Shown here in pieces: positions 20,091-30,264 of a stretch of 61,527 nt of DNA (the first letter of the stretch is position 1; the number at the start of each line of letters is the position of its first letter). Made by a program: the position numbers and the translations under genes. The notes below the pieces were generated by a model. It was given only the letters and a program-made list of their open reading frames with translations. It did no database searches and was not told the DNA's origin. Source of the stretch: a virus (taxonomy: Duplodnaviria; Caudoviricetes); the IMG/VR virus record IMGVR_UViG_3300009506_000028, positions 1-61,527 of that record; one strand, written 5' to 3'.

Positions 20091-20444
20091 CTATTTGTCA
20101 GCGTTGAATCGTCCAGCAAAGTCGGTGTGGAGCTGGTCATATTCATCTTCTTTAAAACGGCCACGCGCCAGATGGTAGCGTTCCAAAATCTCACCGCCCG
20201 CCTTCATCACCTCTTTCATGCGGACATCATGCTGCAAGTCCTTCAAGTGTAGGACAAAACCCTCTCGACCCGATAGTCTGAGGTTTCGTATAGTGGCGAT
20301 CCCGGTCCTCGCCTCAGCGGTTACAGCCCAAAGATGGCCAGGATAATGCTTATGTAATGCCTCCGCTATCCACTTTGACATATCATAGTCAGCGGGGGTG
20401 ATGTGTGAGGGAGCTTCCCCCATATTGAATAGGCCCTGTCCCAT
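20091..20444 (-). CDS. Conserved phage hypothetical protein
   Basis: 117 aa; LHKHYPGHLWAV..AGGEILERY.L.RG. Confidence 0.65.
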   Translation of the reverse strand: MGQGLFNMGEAPSHITPADYDMSKWIAEALHKHYPGHLWAVTAEARTGIATIRNLRLSGREGFVLHLKDLQHDVRMKEVMKAGGEILERYHLARGRFKEDEYDQLHTDFAGRFNADK

Positions 20445-20445
20445 G

Positions 20446-20649
20446 TCACTCCTCCCAGTCCGGCTCGGTTTCGGACTGCACCAGGTTGTTTTTGTCTCTA
20501 TCAGAAAGCCACATGTACTCCTTGAGAGAGTACATCCCCTTGATAGCCTCCGGTAGCTCGTCGTAGCGCTTATTCCCTGTTGAAGGGATTAATGGTACAT
20601 CAGAATAGCTACCGTCATCAGCATCAGACTCCGGTGTCTTCTGGTCCAT
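20446..20649 (-). CDS. Hypothetical protein
   Basis: 67-aa ORF in the operon. Confidence 0.55.
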   Translation of the reverse strand: MDQKTPESDADDGSYSDVPLIPSTGNKRYDELPEAIKGMYSLKEYMWLSDRDKNNLVQSETEPDWEE

Positions 20650-20797
20650 AAGGTCCTAGCCCCGCCTTAAAGCGGCGCTGTCCACCGCCAAATTCATACC
20701 CGTCCGCGTACTCGTCCTGGGGTTCAGGATCTACGCGGTCCACCTCTTCGCCCCAAAGCGTCTCGGAGCTAGTCACTGTCTCGTCTGGATTAGCCAT
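20624..20797 (-). CDS. Small hypothetical protein (57 aa, not in ORF track)
   Basis: ATG overlaps the TerL stop (TAATG); MANPDETVTSSETLWGEEV... Confidence 0.5.
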   Translation of the reverse strand: MANPDETVTSSETLWGEEVDRVDPEPQDEYADGYEFGGGQRRFKAGLGPYGPEDTGV

Positions 20798-22473
20798 TAG
20801 ATACCGTCCTCATATACCTCAGGTTCAAGATCAAATTCACTGACAATAATAGGCGCTTTATAGTCCATGTCATGGATGCGGCTGGCAGCGTCAAGGAAAT
20901 CATCATGCACAGCAAAGGGATAAACCAGGTACTCCTCGAGAAATCCCTTATTCAGACTATAGATGTTACCCTCATGATCGCGCCTCCTCACAGGTCTCAT
21001 GATGCGATAAGGCTGACCTATGTCCCGCATCTTCTTCTGTTTTGCTGTCTCCCCGCCATCCTTGATCAGCCTGGGGAGGTAGAACTTGCCGTGTGAAAAG
21101 TCAGGGTAGAGACGCTGGATGCGGTCGTACTTGCTGCCGGGTCCCTCGTTTGGCCAGGCCAGCTCCTTGATCTCGAAACTGTCCTGATCCTCCTCCATCT
21201 TCTCCTCAAAATGCTCTATGTCACTGCGCATGCCGTAGCGCTCGTAACCCACCTCCACGGTCTGAACTCCGGGCTGGTTCATCCAGTGACGGCGGAGATT
21301 CTTGATCGCGGTCCACCTCTCGCGGAGGTTCATCTTGTGGTGGTACCCATCAAGTAGATACTTGTTCAGGCCAGCATCGACACCGATCACAGCGATCGCG
21401 GTCCGGTCGCTGCCCTTCTTCTTGGAGGAGGCTGGATCACAGAGGATGTAGATATTGAGCGTTGCCGGCCTGATATCGATGAACTTGAGGTGTCCCTTGT
21501 TGAATAGCGCCTCGGCTCCTGCTGCCGGGTTCTGTAGCATCTGACAGGCGATCGTCGCCGGTCCCTGTTTGAGTTTCTTCTCAAGCCAGGCCTCCTCTGT
21601 CAGGAAGACAGGCGTCCCCTCCGGTCTGCCGTCATCGGTAGCCGGGTAGATCCGCGGGATGAGGGCCTTACGCTCCAGGATGACGTGGTAGGTGTCACCG
21701 AAGTGGTAGCGGGTGCCAATATGCCAGGACCGGCCGCTGCTGCCATCCTCTTGGCGGGCCCCAAGGTTGTCGGACAGCTCCCAAGCCTCGGTAACCTTGG
21801 CAATCTGCTCGGGAGTGTTGACGCTCTCCTTGGTCACCACGTCGTCATAGACGCGGAGCATGAAGTGGGCACCGGTTGGCATGCCATCGACCAGGCCATG
21901 CGCCTCGATGGTTGCCTCCTTGGGGTTGCTCTTACGGCAGACAGTAAGCCCTTTCTCCTCACTCCAGCGCGGTGATTGCTTGCGCGGGTGGGCAAAGAAG
22001 ATATCAGGGTAGGTGTGGATCAGGTCATCATTCCCCTCCAGCTCGCGCTTGATCTGCGCCATGAACTTGCGGCTGACCTGCTTGGTATGGGAGAAGATGC
22101 CGATGGTGATCTCAGGGTTCTTGATGATCTCCTGGATGATGCCGGCAAAGGTGATGATGGTCGACTTGTAATGTTCGCGGGCCCACAGGTCAAGGTAGCC
22201 GTCTGGATTCTCCTCAACCTCTCGGCACCTGGCATATAACCACGGATGCAGGGCATCGACACGGTGAAGGATGCGAACCAGGAGGTAATAGCGATCCGCT
22301 TTGGCCAGGGCGCGGATGCCATGCCACCCAAACTCATCCTCTACCATCTTCCAGAAATGGGTAACCGCCCAAAATGGGGCCGTCTTTATCCGCTCCAGGA
22401 TATGAGGGGGTATCTCAATATCCTGGATCTCTCCGGGTTCGAGTATCTTCTCTTTTATCTGCGCGTCTGACAT
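20797..22473 (-). CDS. terL: Terminase large subunit
   Basis: Walker A-like AREHYKST, Walker B RVYDD, nuclease CDPAS..SDRTA and HDDFLDA. Confidence 0.92.
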   Translation of the reverse strand: MSDAQIKEKILEPGEIQDIEIPPHILERIKTAPFWAVTHFWKMVEDEFGWHGIRALAKADRYYLLVRILHRVDALHPWLYARCREVEENPDGYLDLWAREHYKSTIITFAGIIQEIIKNPEITIGIFSHTKQVSRKFMAQIKRELEGNDDLIHTYPDIFFAHPRKQSPRWSEEKGLTVCRKSNPKEATIEAHGLVDGMPTGAHFMLRVYDDVVTKESVNTPEQIAKVTEAWELSDNLGARQEDGSSGRSWHIGTRYHFGDTYHVILERKALIPRIYPATDDGRPEGTPVFLTEEAWLEKKLKQGPATIACQMLQNPAAGAEALFNKGHLKFIDIRPATLNIYILCDPASSKKKGSDRTAIAVIGVDAGLNKYLLDGYHHKMNLRERWTAIKNLRRHWMNQPGVQTVEVGYERYGMRSDIEHFEEKMEEDQDSFEIKELAWPNEGPGSKYDRIQRLYPDFSHGKFYLPRLIKDGGETAKQKKMRDIGQPYRIMRPVRRRDHEGNIYSLNKGFLEEYLVYPFAVHDDFLDAASRIHDMDYKAPIIVSEFDLEPEVYEDGI

Positions 22474-22778
22474 TTCAGGTCAAGCTCCCACTTCCCCTTG
22501 AGTCCGCTACCGGCATCCGCCTCGATGATGGCGGTATAGCTAGACCCGGAGGTGAGGACAAGAACATCCTCTAGGGTTGCCCGGTACCGGCCGTTTGAGC
22601 CAGTCACATAGGTCATGGTTGTCGGCCATGCCTGTCCGGATACCTCGACACCACTGGAGTCCTTGAGCGTCACTGTAACTGTGGCGGCGTTCTCATAGTC
22701 GCCAGTGGCCACCCCTTGCAACCCCACCAGTTCAAGGATGTGGTCGTTTCCTTCATAGATTAACTGTACTGAACTCAT
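22455..22778 (-). CDS. Small Ig-like/beta-sandwich structural protein
   Basis: 107-aa beta-rich ORF coupled to the fibre gene. Confidence 0.55.
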   Translation of the reverse strand: MSSVQLIYEGNDHILELVGLQGVATGDYENAATVTVTLKDSSGVEVSGQAWPTTMTYVTGSNGRYRATLEDVLVLTSGSSYTAIIEADAGSGLKGKWELDLKCQTRR

Positions 22779-25700
22779 GGCAATAGTCCCTTGGTTGTCG
22801 TGACTGCAGGGTCCACAGTCGCCTCACTTATCGCTACGGATGGGCCTATGTAGTTAGTGCCCGCTAACGCTGTAGTTACCGACGGATATGAATATTGTAG
22901 CGCCGGTTTGAGTTTATAGCTCGCCTGTATGGATGGTTCCACATGGAACCTTTCCGCGATCAACAAGGCATCCAGCTTATGCAGCGTCGGGATCGCCACC
23001 ATTTCAGCGGTAGCGCGGAGCGTCACCGTGACATGGGTATCAATGTAAGCGTACTGGGTGGCGATACCTGTCTGAGTGGTGGATCCGTATAGCAACTGGG
23101 TAAGAATAGCGCCCTGTGTTGCTACCCCTTGCTGGATGGTCTGGCCGCCTCTTATGGCCGACGGGACAGCCTGGAGGGTTGCGGTTGCTGCTGCTGTCAG
23201 AGATCCACTCTGTCCCCTGGTGCCGTTGGCTTGCTGTGTGGCGTCACCCTGCTGAGTGGTTGCCCCCGCATAGTCGACGGTCGGGATAGCGTTTAGTGTG
23301 GCTGTGGCCAGGAGGATCGCATTGCCCTCTGCGGTCCCTTGAATTTGTCCGGTCGCTACGACGGTGGCGGTGCCGGTTTGTATCGTGTTGCCTGTGTGAT
23401 CAGCCTGGGCATTGGCTACCTGTGTCGCTACAGCTTGCGCGATAAGGGTGGCGCTGGCCTGTTTCGTGGCGATAGCGGTCTGTGTACCGGTGGCGGACAT
23501 GACAGCCACAGCGGCGATCTGGCTCCGTCCCGTGGCCACCAGGGTAGCAACTGCAGACAGGGAGATAGAGGCGCTGGCAATTTTGACCGGTGCGGCCACC
23601 TGTGTGGCGGTGGCGGTCATGATGCACTGACCCGTCACGATACGGCCGCCTGTGGCTACCTGGGTGGCGACACCTGTCTGTGAGGTAGCGCCTACATGGT
23701 CAGCTTGTGCGGTGGCCTGGAGGGTAGCCGTGCCGGTCTGGATGGTGGTGCCAAGGACAGTACCGAGAGTGGACCCAGTAGCCACCAAGGTGGCGATACC
23801 CTGCTGAGTCGTCGCCCCTACCGCGTCAATGTTGGCGGTGACTGTCTGTGTCGCCAGGCCGGTCTGAGTCGTGGTTCCTTGATGATCTGCTACCGCTGCG
23901 CTCACCTGGGTGGCGATACCCTGCTGAATGACCGCACCGGCATAGGTGACCACAGCATTCCCGACCTGGGTGGCGAGGCCCTGGTAGATGACGGCACCGG
24001 AGTAGTCGACATTGGCGCTGACTATCTGTGTTGCGGTGCCGGTTTGAACCGTTGTCCCGGTTATCAGTCCGCCTACCTGGCCGCTGGCTACCAGGGTGGC
24101 GATCGCTGACTGGGTGATAGATCCGCTGTAGTCCGCTGTGGCGTTGGCGTTCAGGGTGGCTATGGCCTGCTGTACGGCAGCGGCGGAGTAATTCGCTATA
24201 GCAGAGGCCACCTGTGTGGCGATCCCCTGCTGTGTGGTAGAGGCCGCATGCTCTACCTGACCATTTGCCACCATGGTGGCTATGGCGCTCTGAGTGATGA
24301 CACCGGTCTTTTCCAGGACGGCCGTAGCAACCTGTGTGGCTACCCCCTGCTGGGTGGTGCTGCCAGGCAAGTCCAGGACACCGGTAGCTGTCAGTGTGGC
24401 TATGGCTGACTGGGTAGTGATGCCTACCGCGTCGACGTTGCCCACTACGGTCTGAGTGGCGATCCCCTGCTGGGTGGTGTTGCCCAAGGTAGGAGTGATC
24501 CCAGTGCTGCCAGTAGCTACCATGGTAGCGGTGGCGGTCTGTACGGTCCTGGCGCTGCGCTTGATGCCGACGGTAAAGGAGGCCCATCCCTCAGCGGCGG
24601 ACAGGGTGAAATCAGCGGTACCTGTAGCTCCTGCTCCAGGCTCATGCCATCCACCACCAGCACTGACACCACCAGCTCCCCAGTCTGCCGTCCTGGAGAA
24701 CAGGCCGCGGACACCGGCAGGGAAACCGGCATCGAACTGGGCATCTATGTGGTCACAGGCAAACAGGCGCAATACCAGGGTGTCAGCCCCGGCCATGGTG
24801 GCGGTCGGACAGGTGACAGCGGTACCGCTTCCCGTGCTGGTAGCGTAGGCGTCGACGGGTGAGACGTTATCGTAGAGTTCCCCATCAAGCGCGATCATCT
24901 GCGCATACATGGTTTCAGCGGAGCCAATGCTTGCGCTGTAAGAGACTGGGGTAGCGGCATCCGCGGCGGTGGCCTTCTTCCAGAACAGATTACCGGTACA
25001 GGATCCGTCAGAGATATCACCTGTGACAGAGGTGAAGCCGGTCACCGTGATGGTCTCGCTGCCGCCATCAGTGGCACAGAACAGGAGGAGAAGATCGCCC
25101 TCTTTAGGTGTCAGGGCGAACTGGAGGGTATGGCTTGTGGATGATCCGGCTACATTGGAGGGGAAGCCATTGGTGACTATCTGGCGGACATAGCCTAGCG
25201 GCTGGTTCCAATTCTGGTGAAAATCAAACGGGTTGCTGGAGATAACAGTCGCGGCGGTGTCAATCACCGTAGTGGTGAAACCCTCAAATCGATTGAGGGT
25301 GGTGTCGGCATTCTGGTTGCCGACGACATTACCCTGGTCCCAGGCAAAGTTAGTTTGATTCGATACGGTAGTAACAGACAGATAAGAGTCAAGGGTAGAG
25401 GAGATCCCGGTATAGGCCTGCCATCTGCCGGCGGTCACATTACCAACAATGGACCGGTTATTCGTGTAGTCCCAGGTCAGCCCGTGGTAAACATCCGTCC
25501 CAAGGGATGCGGAGGTGTTAATGGTAGAGGTGAACCCGGTGTACTTGGTGATGTAATAGTTAGGGCTAGAGAAATTAAGCATCACCGACCCGTCACCAGT
25601 CCATGCGGCTGGGCTTATTCCGGCAATACTGTCCTTGATAGTGGCGGTGAAACCAAGATATCTATCCAGCTTGTTGGCATACCGTGACTCACCAAGACAG

Positions 25701-27307
25701 ATATCACCCTCAAGCCATACTACAGAGCTCATCCCCACATCATTCGTGTTCAGTGTGGAGCTAACTACCAGGGTAGTGCTGAAACCGTCATACCAGTAAG
25801 CCACTGCCTGGTAGGCACTTCCGACTATGCTATATGTCCCGACTATCAGGTCAGTGGTGTCGTTCCCGGTGGTGGGATACCAGCCGGCATACTGGGTAGC
25901 GACACCGGTCTGTGTGGTGGATCCAAGGACATAGGGCTCACTGGTATCTGCAGAGATATAGCCGCCCTCAGTGGACGCCACCAAGTAACTGGACACAATG
26001 GTAGTGGTGAAACCGCTGTACCTGGTGATGTAGTGGGTGGAGGTGTTGGAACCGATGAGATCCTGGTAATAGGAGGTGATATCCCCGTCATTGACCAGAC
26101 TTAGAGAGGTCGTAATGGTGGAGGTGAACCCCGCCATTTCATAGGTTTCGTCGTAGAATGTCTCCTGATACCGGAGGTTGTTGTCGCGCCAGTCAAGGCC
26201 GGCATTTGTCCAAATTGGCCCAAAGAATGAGGAGTTAATAGTGGAGCTAAAACCAGACTGCCGAATCACGGTGTCAGAGGTGGACACCTTCTTGCAGTGG
26301 ATGACATTACCAGACTCGTCCAGGACCATCTGATAGGACAAGATCCTGGTGTCCTCCAGACTTCCTACAGGGTAATAATCAAGGACCCATGTAAAATCAA
26401 AACCCTGATATTTGCTGTGCGTAACCCCGTCGTTGACGTAGAAAATGCCGTTCTTAAAGTCGGTACCATAAACATTGGCCGGAGAGTAAGCGCTATCCAG
26501 AATGGTGGAAGTGAAGCCCTGGGTATACTCAGCACCTTGCTGTCCGTCATTGAAGGCGTAGACCATGCCGTCTATTCCTTCATGCACAGATCCCGCGGGG
26601 TTAGCCTCCATCCTGGCGTAGCCACGCATTTCAATGACAGCCGATCCAGCGGAGGCGATCGCATCATCCGCTATGGCGCTTCCGGAATAGAGGTTGGTCT
26701 GTATTGAGGTCAGGATCGTGGAGCTAAACCCGGAGAACTTAATCACCTCACCAACAATTGTCGCGCTATAGGTGGCATCATCGGACAGCATGTTGCCGTC
26801 AGCATCAATTGCCAGGCCTAGAGATATCCCGGCCGGAGCGGCGAAAGAGTTACTGATCGTGGTGGTAAACCCGGAGGTATGGACGTACTTGCTCAGGGTA
26901 TTGTTATAGACATAGGCCCCTGTGTCACCAGACCACTCCCATTCATAGCCGTACCAGGCCTCTGAGTTATGGGTAAGACTGGTTACCAAGGTGCCGGTGT
27001 AGCCTGACCACTTGTATACCTTCAAGTCATCAGAGAACAGCGCATCACCGTCCGTCACATGCCAAGAGGCATCCCTGACGGGCGTCATGGTGGCATGTGA
27101 GGCGGTGGACTTTATGGTCTCGGTGAAGCCGTGGAACCGGGTAAAGATGTTTGTATTCGAGTTCTCGCCGTAAAAGTCACCGTCAGGTGTCCAGGTCGCG
27201 GGCAATAGGTTGGTAGCCACATGCGATCCGGTGATCGTCGTGGTAAACCCGGAGAACTGGAACCACCGCGGTACATTAAGGGAATACTCGACGTACAGAT
27301 TTGACAT
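22775..27307 (-). CDS. 1510-aa Ser/Thr-rich repeat fibre/surface protein
   Basis: 15 xxGF(T/S)xTI repeats in three blocks of five, a middle globular domain, then >20 ~22-aa TTQQGIATQ-type repeats. Confidence 0.75.
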   Translation of the reverse strand: MSNLYVEYSLNVPRWFQFSGFTTTITGSHVATNLLPATWTPDGDFYGENSNTNIFTRFHGFTETIKSTASHATMTPVRDASWHVTDGDALFSDDLKVYKWSGYTGTLVTSLTHNSEAWYGYEWEWSGDTGAYVYNNTLSKYVHTSGFTTTISNSFAAPAGISLGLAIDADGNMLSDDATYSATIVGEVIKFSGFSSTILTSIQTNLYSGSAIADDAIASAGSAVIEMRGYARMEANPAGSVHEGIDGMVYAFNDGQQGAEYTQGFTSTILDSAYSPANVYGTDFKNGIFYVNDGVTHSKYQGFDFTWVLDYYPVGSLEDTRILSYQMVLDESGNVIHCKKVSTSDTVIRQSGFSSTINSSFFGPIWTNAGLDWRDNNLRYQETFYDETYEMAGFTSTITTSLSLVNDGDITSYYQDLIGSNTSTHYITRYSGFTTTIVSSYLVASTEGGYISADTSEPYVLGSTTQTGVATQYAGWYPTTGNDTTDLIVGTYSIVGSAYQAVAYWYDGFSTTLVVSSTLNTNDVGMSSVVWLEGDICLGESRYANKLDRYLGFTATIKDSIAGISPAAWTGDGSVMLNFSSPNYYITKYTGFTSTINTSASLGTDVYHGLTWDYTNNRSIVGNVTAGRWQAYTGISSTLDSYLSVTTVSNQTNFAWDQGNVVGNQNADTTLNRFEGFTTTVIDTAATVISSNPFDFHQNWNQPLGYVRQIVTNGFPSNVAGSSTSHTLQFALTPKEGDLLLLFCATDGGSETITVTGFTSVTGDISDGSCTGNLFWKKATAADAATPVSYSASIGSAETMYAQMIALDGELYDNVSPVDAYATSTGSGTAVTCPTATMAGADTLVLRLFACDHIDAQFDAGFPAGVRGLFSRTADWGAGGVSAGGGWHEPGAGATGTADFTLSAAEGWASFTVGIKRSARTVQTATATMVATGSTGITPTLGNTTQQGIATQTVVGNVDAVGITTQSAIATLTATGVLDLPGSTTQQGVATQVATAVLEKTGVITQSAIATMVANGQVEHAASTTQQGIATQVASAIANYSAAAVQQAIATLNANATADYSGSITQSAIATLVASGQVGGLITGTTVQTGTATQIVSANVDYSGAVIYQGLATQVGNAVVTYAGAVIQQGIATQVSAAVADHQGTTTQTGLATQTVTANIDAVGATTQQGIATLVATGSTLGTVLGTTIQTGTATLQATAQADHVGATSQTGVATQVATGGRIVTGQCIMTATATQVAAPVKIASASISLSAVATLVATGRSQIAAVAVMSATGTQTAIATKQASATLIAQAVATQVANAQADHTGNTIQTGTATVVATGQIQGTAEGNAILLATATLNAIPTVDYAGATTQQGDATQQANGTRGQSGSLTAAATATLQAVPSAIRGGQTIQQGVATQGAILTQLLYGSTTQTGIATQYAYIDTHVTVTLRATAEMVAIPTLHKLDALLIAERFHVEPSIQASYKLKPALQYSYPSVTTALAGTNYIGPSVAISEATVDPAVTTTKGLLP

Positions 27308-27903
27308 TATTCAATCCCGTGAATATGTGCCTGGATAATGTCACAGTCAGCATAGAGCTGGTATCCAAGCTCTCGCAGTCTGTCACAGAAAAAGAAATCC
27401 TCACCCTTGGCCATCAGTCCCATGTCGTCGTACTTCTCCAGGAAGTAAGGCGGCCGTAGCTTCATTAGTACATCACGGCGGATCAGCATACCGGCCCCAC
27501 CTACAGCGTCACACTTCTGGAGCCCGGATCCTGGTCTGAATGGGTGGTGTTGCTTGTAACCGTCCTCCTCCTCTACATAGTCAAGCACCAGGACACCATG
27601 CTCTCCGTTCTTCCACTGTTCGGATGGGGCAGAGACAAAGGGGAGGTTGTGGGCAAGCAGGCGGTCGACGGTCCCCTGCACCGGCACATTGTCTGAGTCC
27701 AGGAAAAAGATGTGAGTACAGTCTGTTTTCAGGAACTCGATGATCTGCAGGTTGCGGTTATGGACCACCGGCATGGGCTGGATGATGGGCAGGAAGACAG
27801 CCCTCCCCGCCATCATTGACAGCTCATGCAGCAACCACACCACCGTCTCGGCCCGCATATTCCCCCTGGTTGGGGTGGAGATACAGACCTTAGCCTTGTC
27901 CAT
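27307..27903 (-). CDS. GT-A fold (GT2-like) glycosyltransferase
   Basis: HIFFLDSD (DxD), GGAGMLIRRDV, GEDFFFC, terminal H. Confidence 0.85.
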   Translation of the reverse strand: MDKAKVCISTPTRGNMRAETVVWLLHELSMMAGRAVFLPIIQPMPVVHNRNLQIIEFLKTDCTHIFFLDSDNVPVQGTVDRLLAHNLPFVSAPSEQWKNGEHGVLVLDYVEEEDGYKQHHPFRPGSGLQKCDAVGGAGMLIRRDVLMKLRPPYFLEKYDDMGLMAKGEDFFFCDRLRELGYQLYADCDIIQAHIHGIE

Positions 27904-28402
27904 TCTTGCGCCCTTTTCCCAGGGTGCCGGCCTTGGCTGCCTCAGTGCGCTCCAGGATGGTCCTGGCCTTCATGCGCGGCTTATTGACCCCGCGGACCTC
28001 GCTGTTATGGTCGATAGCGGCCTCCTCCTCGGCGGTGGTAGGCATGCCCAGCTTTTTCTTGTCCATGATGAAGCGGACACGCTCAGGGTCGGTGATGACG
28101 TACTCAGGAGCACCCTTTCGGACATTCCACTCATCCATTTCCGCGTCAGCCTCATCCACGTCCACGATCTCCATGTCGGGGTCAGCGGCGTAGGCGTTAG
28201 CCAGCTCATCAGGTAGCGCGATATAGCACCATTCCACCTCACCACCATCAGCCAGGTGGCCGGAGTAGGCACCGTGTCCACCAAGTCGACCAGGACCAAT
28301 GCCGTAGGTCTCAATCTCCTGTGCATTGTAGCGGGCAGGGTAGACCATGCCTTTCCCGGGAGGACCGCGGCGGATTGTTACTCTTACCATCTGCATAGCC
28401 AT
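27890..28402 (-). CDS. Hypothetical protein
   Basis: 170-aa ORF with GAGGAG RBS, coupled to GT2. Confidence 0.65.
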   Translation of the reverse strand: MAMQMVRVTIRRGPPGKGMVYPARYNAQEIETYGIGPGRLGGHGAYSGHLADGGEVEWCYIALPDELANAYAADPDMEIVDVDEADAEMDEWNVRKGAPEYVITDPERVRFIMDKKKLGMPTTAEEEAAIDHNSEVRGVNKPRMKARTILERTEAAKAGTLGKGRKNGQG

Positions 28403-28420
28403 GTAGCTTTCTCCTCATAC

Positions 28421-28456
28421 AAAAAAGGCGGCAGAGTCATGAACTCCCCCGCCTTT
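28421..28456 (-). terminator. Terminator
   Basis: aaaggcgg..ccgccttt stem with A6 run. Confidence 0.55.
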
Positions 28457-28475
28457 GGTTGGTGGTCTCTGCCGA

Positions 28476-28868
28476 TTAATCCAGGACGATGCTGTACTCA
28501 CCGGCATTGAACTTGAAGGTATCACCGGACCCGATGACTTTACTCGCTGACAGGGTCCCATGGAACAGCACGGTACCACCCGTGGCAGCGTTACACAGTG
28601 CGGCATGGGTGACGGTGCCCCAGGCAGCGGTCGCTTGTGGAAAGCTGATCGCGCCGCTGTTGGTGCTGGTACCCGCTGCAGCGGTCCCAAAGGTTGCGGT
28701 AGTACGTGCATAAGCGCCACCGGACACCTCCGAGGTCTGTGTGTTTGACTCCAGGCCGGCGTCTGCCGTCCAAAGACCCACGTAGATGTTAGTCGGTTGC
28801 GCGTAGCTTCCCACCTTCAATACGTGGTCCAGTAGCTCATTCTCTAACAGGTTACTAAATGCAGCCAT
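28476..28868 (-). CDS. Small fibre-associated structural protein
   Basis: 130 aa; SN.LEN.LLDH..YVGL.TAD..EVSGG.YAR..FP.AT..WGTVTH..GDTFKF is a widespread phage virion family. Confidence 0.75.
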   Translation of the reverse strand: MAAFSNLLENELLDHVLKVGSYAQPTNIYVGLWTADAGLESNTQTSEVSGGAYARTTATFGTAAAGTSTNSGAISFPQATAAWGTVTHAALCNAATGGTVLFHGTLSASKVIGSGDTFKFNAGEYSIVLD

Positions 28869-28874
28869 GACTAT

Positions 28875-29138
28875 TTACTCCTTGGTTTCCGGGTTGTTGA
28901 GGATCTGCCGAATCCCTGCCTTGTCACCGTTGCACTTGGTAAGGGCCTCGTCGTAGTGAATAATAATAACCCCACATTCCCCCCATGTCGCATTATCCGG
29001 GATCGGTGGAGACTCCGTCTTGTCCGTTAAGTAACCCGGCACAATCGGTGGGGGTTTGTCCGGCTTGACTCCGTGAAGGCAAGCACTTAATGATAATGCC
29101 ACGATAATCATCAGGCATACGTTTCGAAGTACATTCAT
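28875..29138 (-). CDS. o-spanin (Rz1-like lipoprotein)
   Basis: Lipobox LSAC, Pro-rich, CNGDK; overlaps the i-spanin in another frame. Confidence 0.8.
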   Translation of the reverse strand: MNVLRNVCLMIIVALSLSACLHGVKPDKPPPIVPGYLTDKTESPPIPDNATWGECGVIIIHYDEALTKCNGDKAGIRQILNNPETKE

Positions 29139-29466
29139 CGTTCTTTCCCGCCTCCCTTAGTTTCTTCTCCAGGTTGTTGGCGTACTTGGTCACTCTGGAG
29201 TTATTCCGCTGCACCTGAGTAAGCACAGCCCCGACTCGCTTCTGTTCCTTGATAAGGGCATTGTAGGACTGGGTGAGATCCGAGATCTTGTCGTCCTTCT
29301 CCTTAATGTCCTTCTTGGCTCGACTCAATTGGGCATCAATGCGCCCGTTCTCCTTGAGTGAATGCTTGAGGGTGTACCCAAGTCCTACCGACGTGGTAAG
29401 CAGGACACCGCCAATAATGAGGATCACCTTCATCGCTATGGGATTCGCTAACAGTTTGCCGATCAT
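28993..29466 (-). CDS. i-spanin (Rz-like)
   Basis: N-terminal TM helix plus coiled coil, downstream of the endolysin. Confidence 0.75.
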   Translation of the reverse strand: MIGKLLANPIAMKVILIIGGVLLTTSVGLGYTLKHSLKENGRIDAQLSRAKKDIKEKDDKISDLTQSYNALIKEQKRVGAVLTQVQRNNSRVTKYANNLEKKLREAGKNDECTSKRMPDDYRGIIIKCLPSRSQAGQTPTDCAGLLNGQDGVSTDPG

Positions 29467-29543
29467 TGCCTTCTCTCCTCTATAGGGAACCGACTACCAA
29501 GATCACCAGCATCGCCACCAGGAGGATCATGCTCTGAGTAAAA

Positions 29544-29870
29544 CTACTCATCAGACATGAATCGTGGTGGTGGCGTGTCGACCTGGTTAGAGCCAGGTTT
29601 ACCTGGTGTTGTCTCCTCATAATCTGTTCCTTTGATGCGGTCCTCCCTATCCCGTGACCACTTATACAGGCCGATAGCCGTGGCCAGGAGCCCGACGACA
29701 ATGCCGTAGGCGGTAACGGTACCGGATGGGATGTTTGGAGGGTGATGGAAAACGATAAAAGTGACGTAGGTGATCATGATGACAGCCCAAAGCAGGACAA
29801 GCCGACGGATCAACTTGTGTTGTTCCACCAGGGTGCCAAGGGTCTTGAACATGTCAGTATGTCCACACAT
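29544..29870 (-). CDS. Putative holin
   Basis: Two TM helices and a charged C-terminus, next to the endolysin. Confidence 0.6.
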   Translation of the reverse strand: MCGHTDMFKTLGTLVEQHKLIRRLVLLWAVIMITYVTFIVFHHPPNIPSGTVTAYGIVVGLLATAIGLYKWSRDREDRIKGTDYEETTPGKPGSNQVDTPPPRFMSDE

Positions 29871-30252
29871 TGGGACGCTGTGGCCAGCCGTCGCGGGGTC
29901 GCAAGCTATCGATGTGGATAAATCCCTGCCCGTGACGGACCTTAACCCCTATACCGGTGAAGCCAAGGCTCATGGCCACCTGGAGAAGGCGGTAGGCGCT
30001 TTGTCCGTTGACCCTGCAGTCTGTCGCCTTGCCCTTAGTATGGGGTCCATTTCCAGGGTTGGCGCTGGTCCCTATCTGGCGATCGTGGTTCTCGCACCGA
30101 AAGCCCGAGGAAATGTAAATCGGCTCCCCCAGTAGTTCGCGCAATTGGACCATTCTCTCCATGTGTTCGTTGTCCATTAACATCTGGCCACAGCCGCATG
30201 GACAAGTCAGCTCCTCCATAGAGAAATGAGGCCAGGGTGATGGTGTACTCAT
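29854..30252 (-). CDS. Endolysin, peptidase M15 family
   Basis: FS..EL.C.CGC, ISSGFRC..H, H.KGKATD, FIHID. Confidence 0.9.
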   Translation of the reverse strand: MSTPSPWPHFSMEELTCPCGCGQMLMDNEHMERMVQLRELLGEPIYISSGFRCENHDRQIGTSANPGNGPHTKGKATDCRVNGQSAYRLLQVAMSLGFTGIGVKVRHGQGFIHIDSLRPRDGWPQRPNVWTY

Positions 30253-30264
30253 AGCTCCCTCCTA

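Noticed and set aside
22775-27307. DGR target, shufflon or CRISPR-like array
   Set aside because: The repeats are degenerate coding repeats. No reverse transcriptase, invertase or repeat-spacer pattern was seen.
29480-29701. 73-aa ORF in the lysis cassette
   Set aside because: It mostly overlaps the holin. Only a ~23-aa hydrophobic tail could be real, and I cannot support it.
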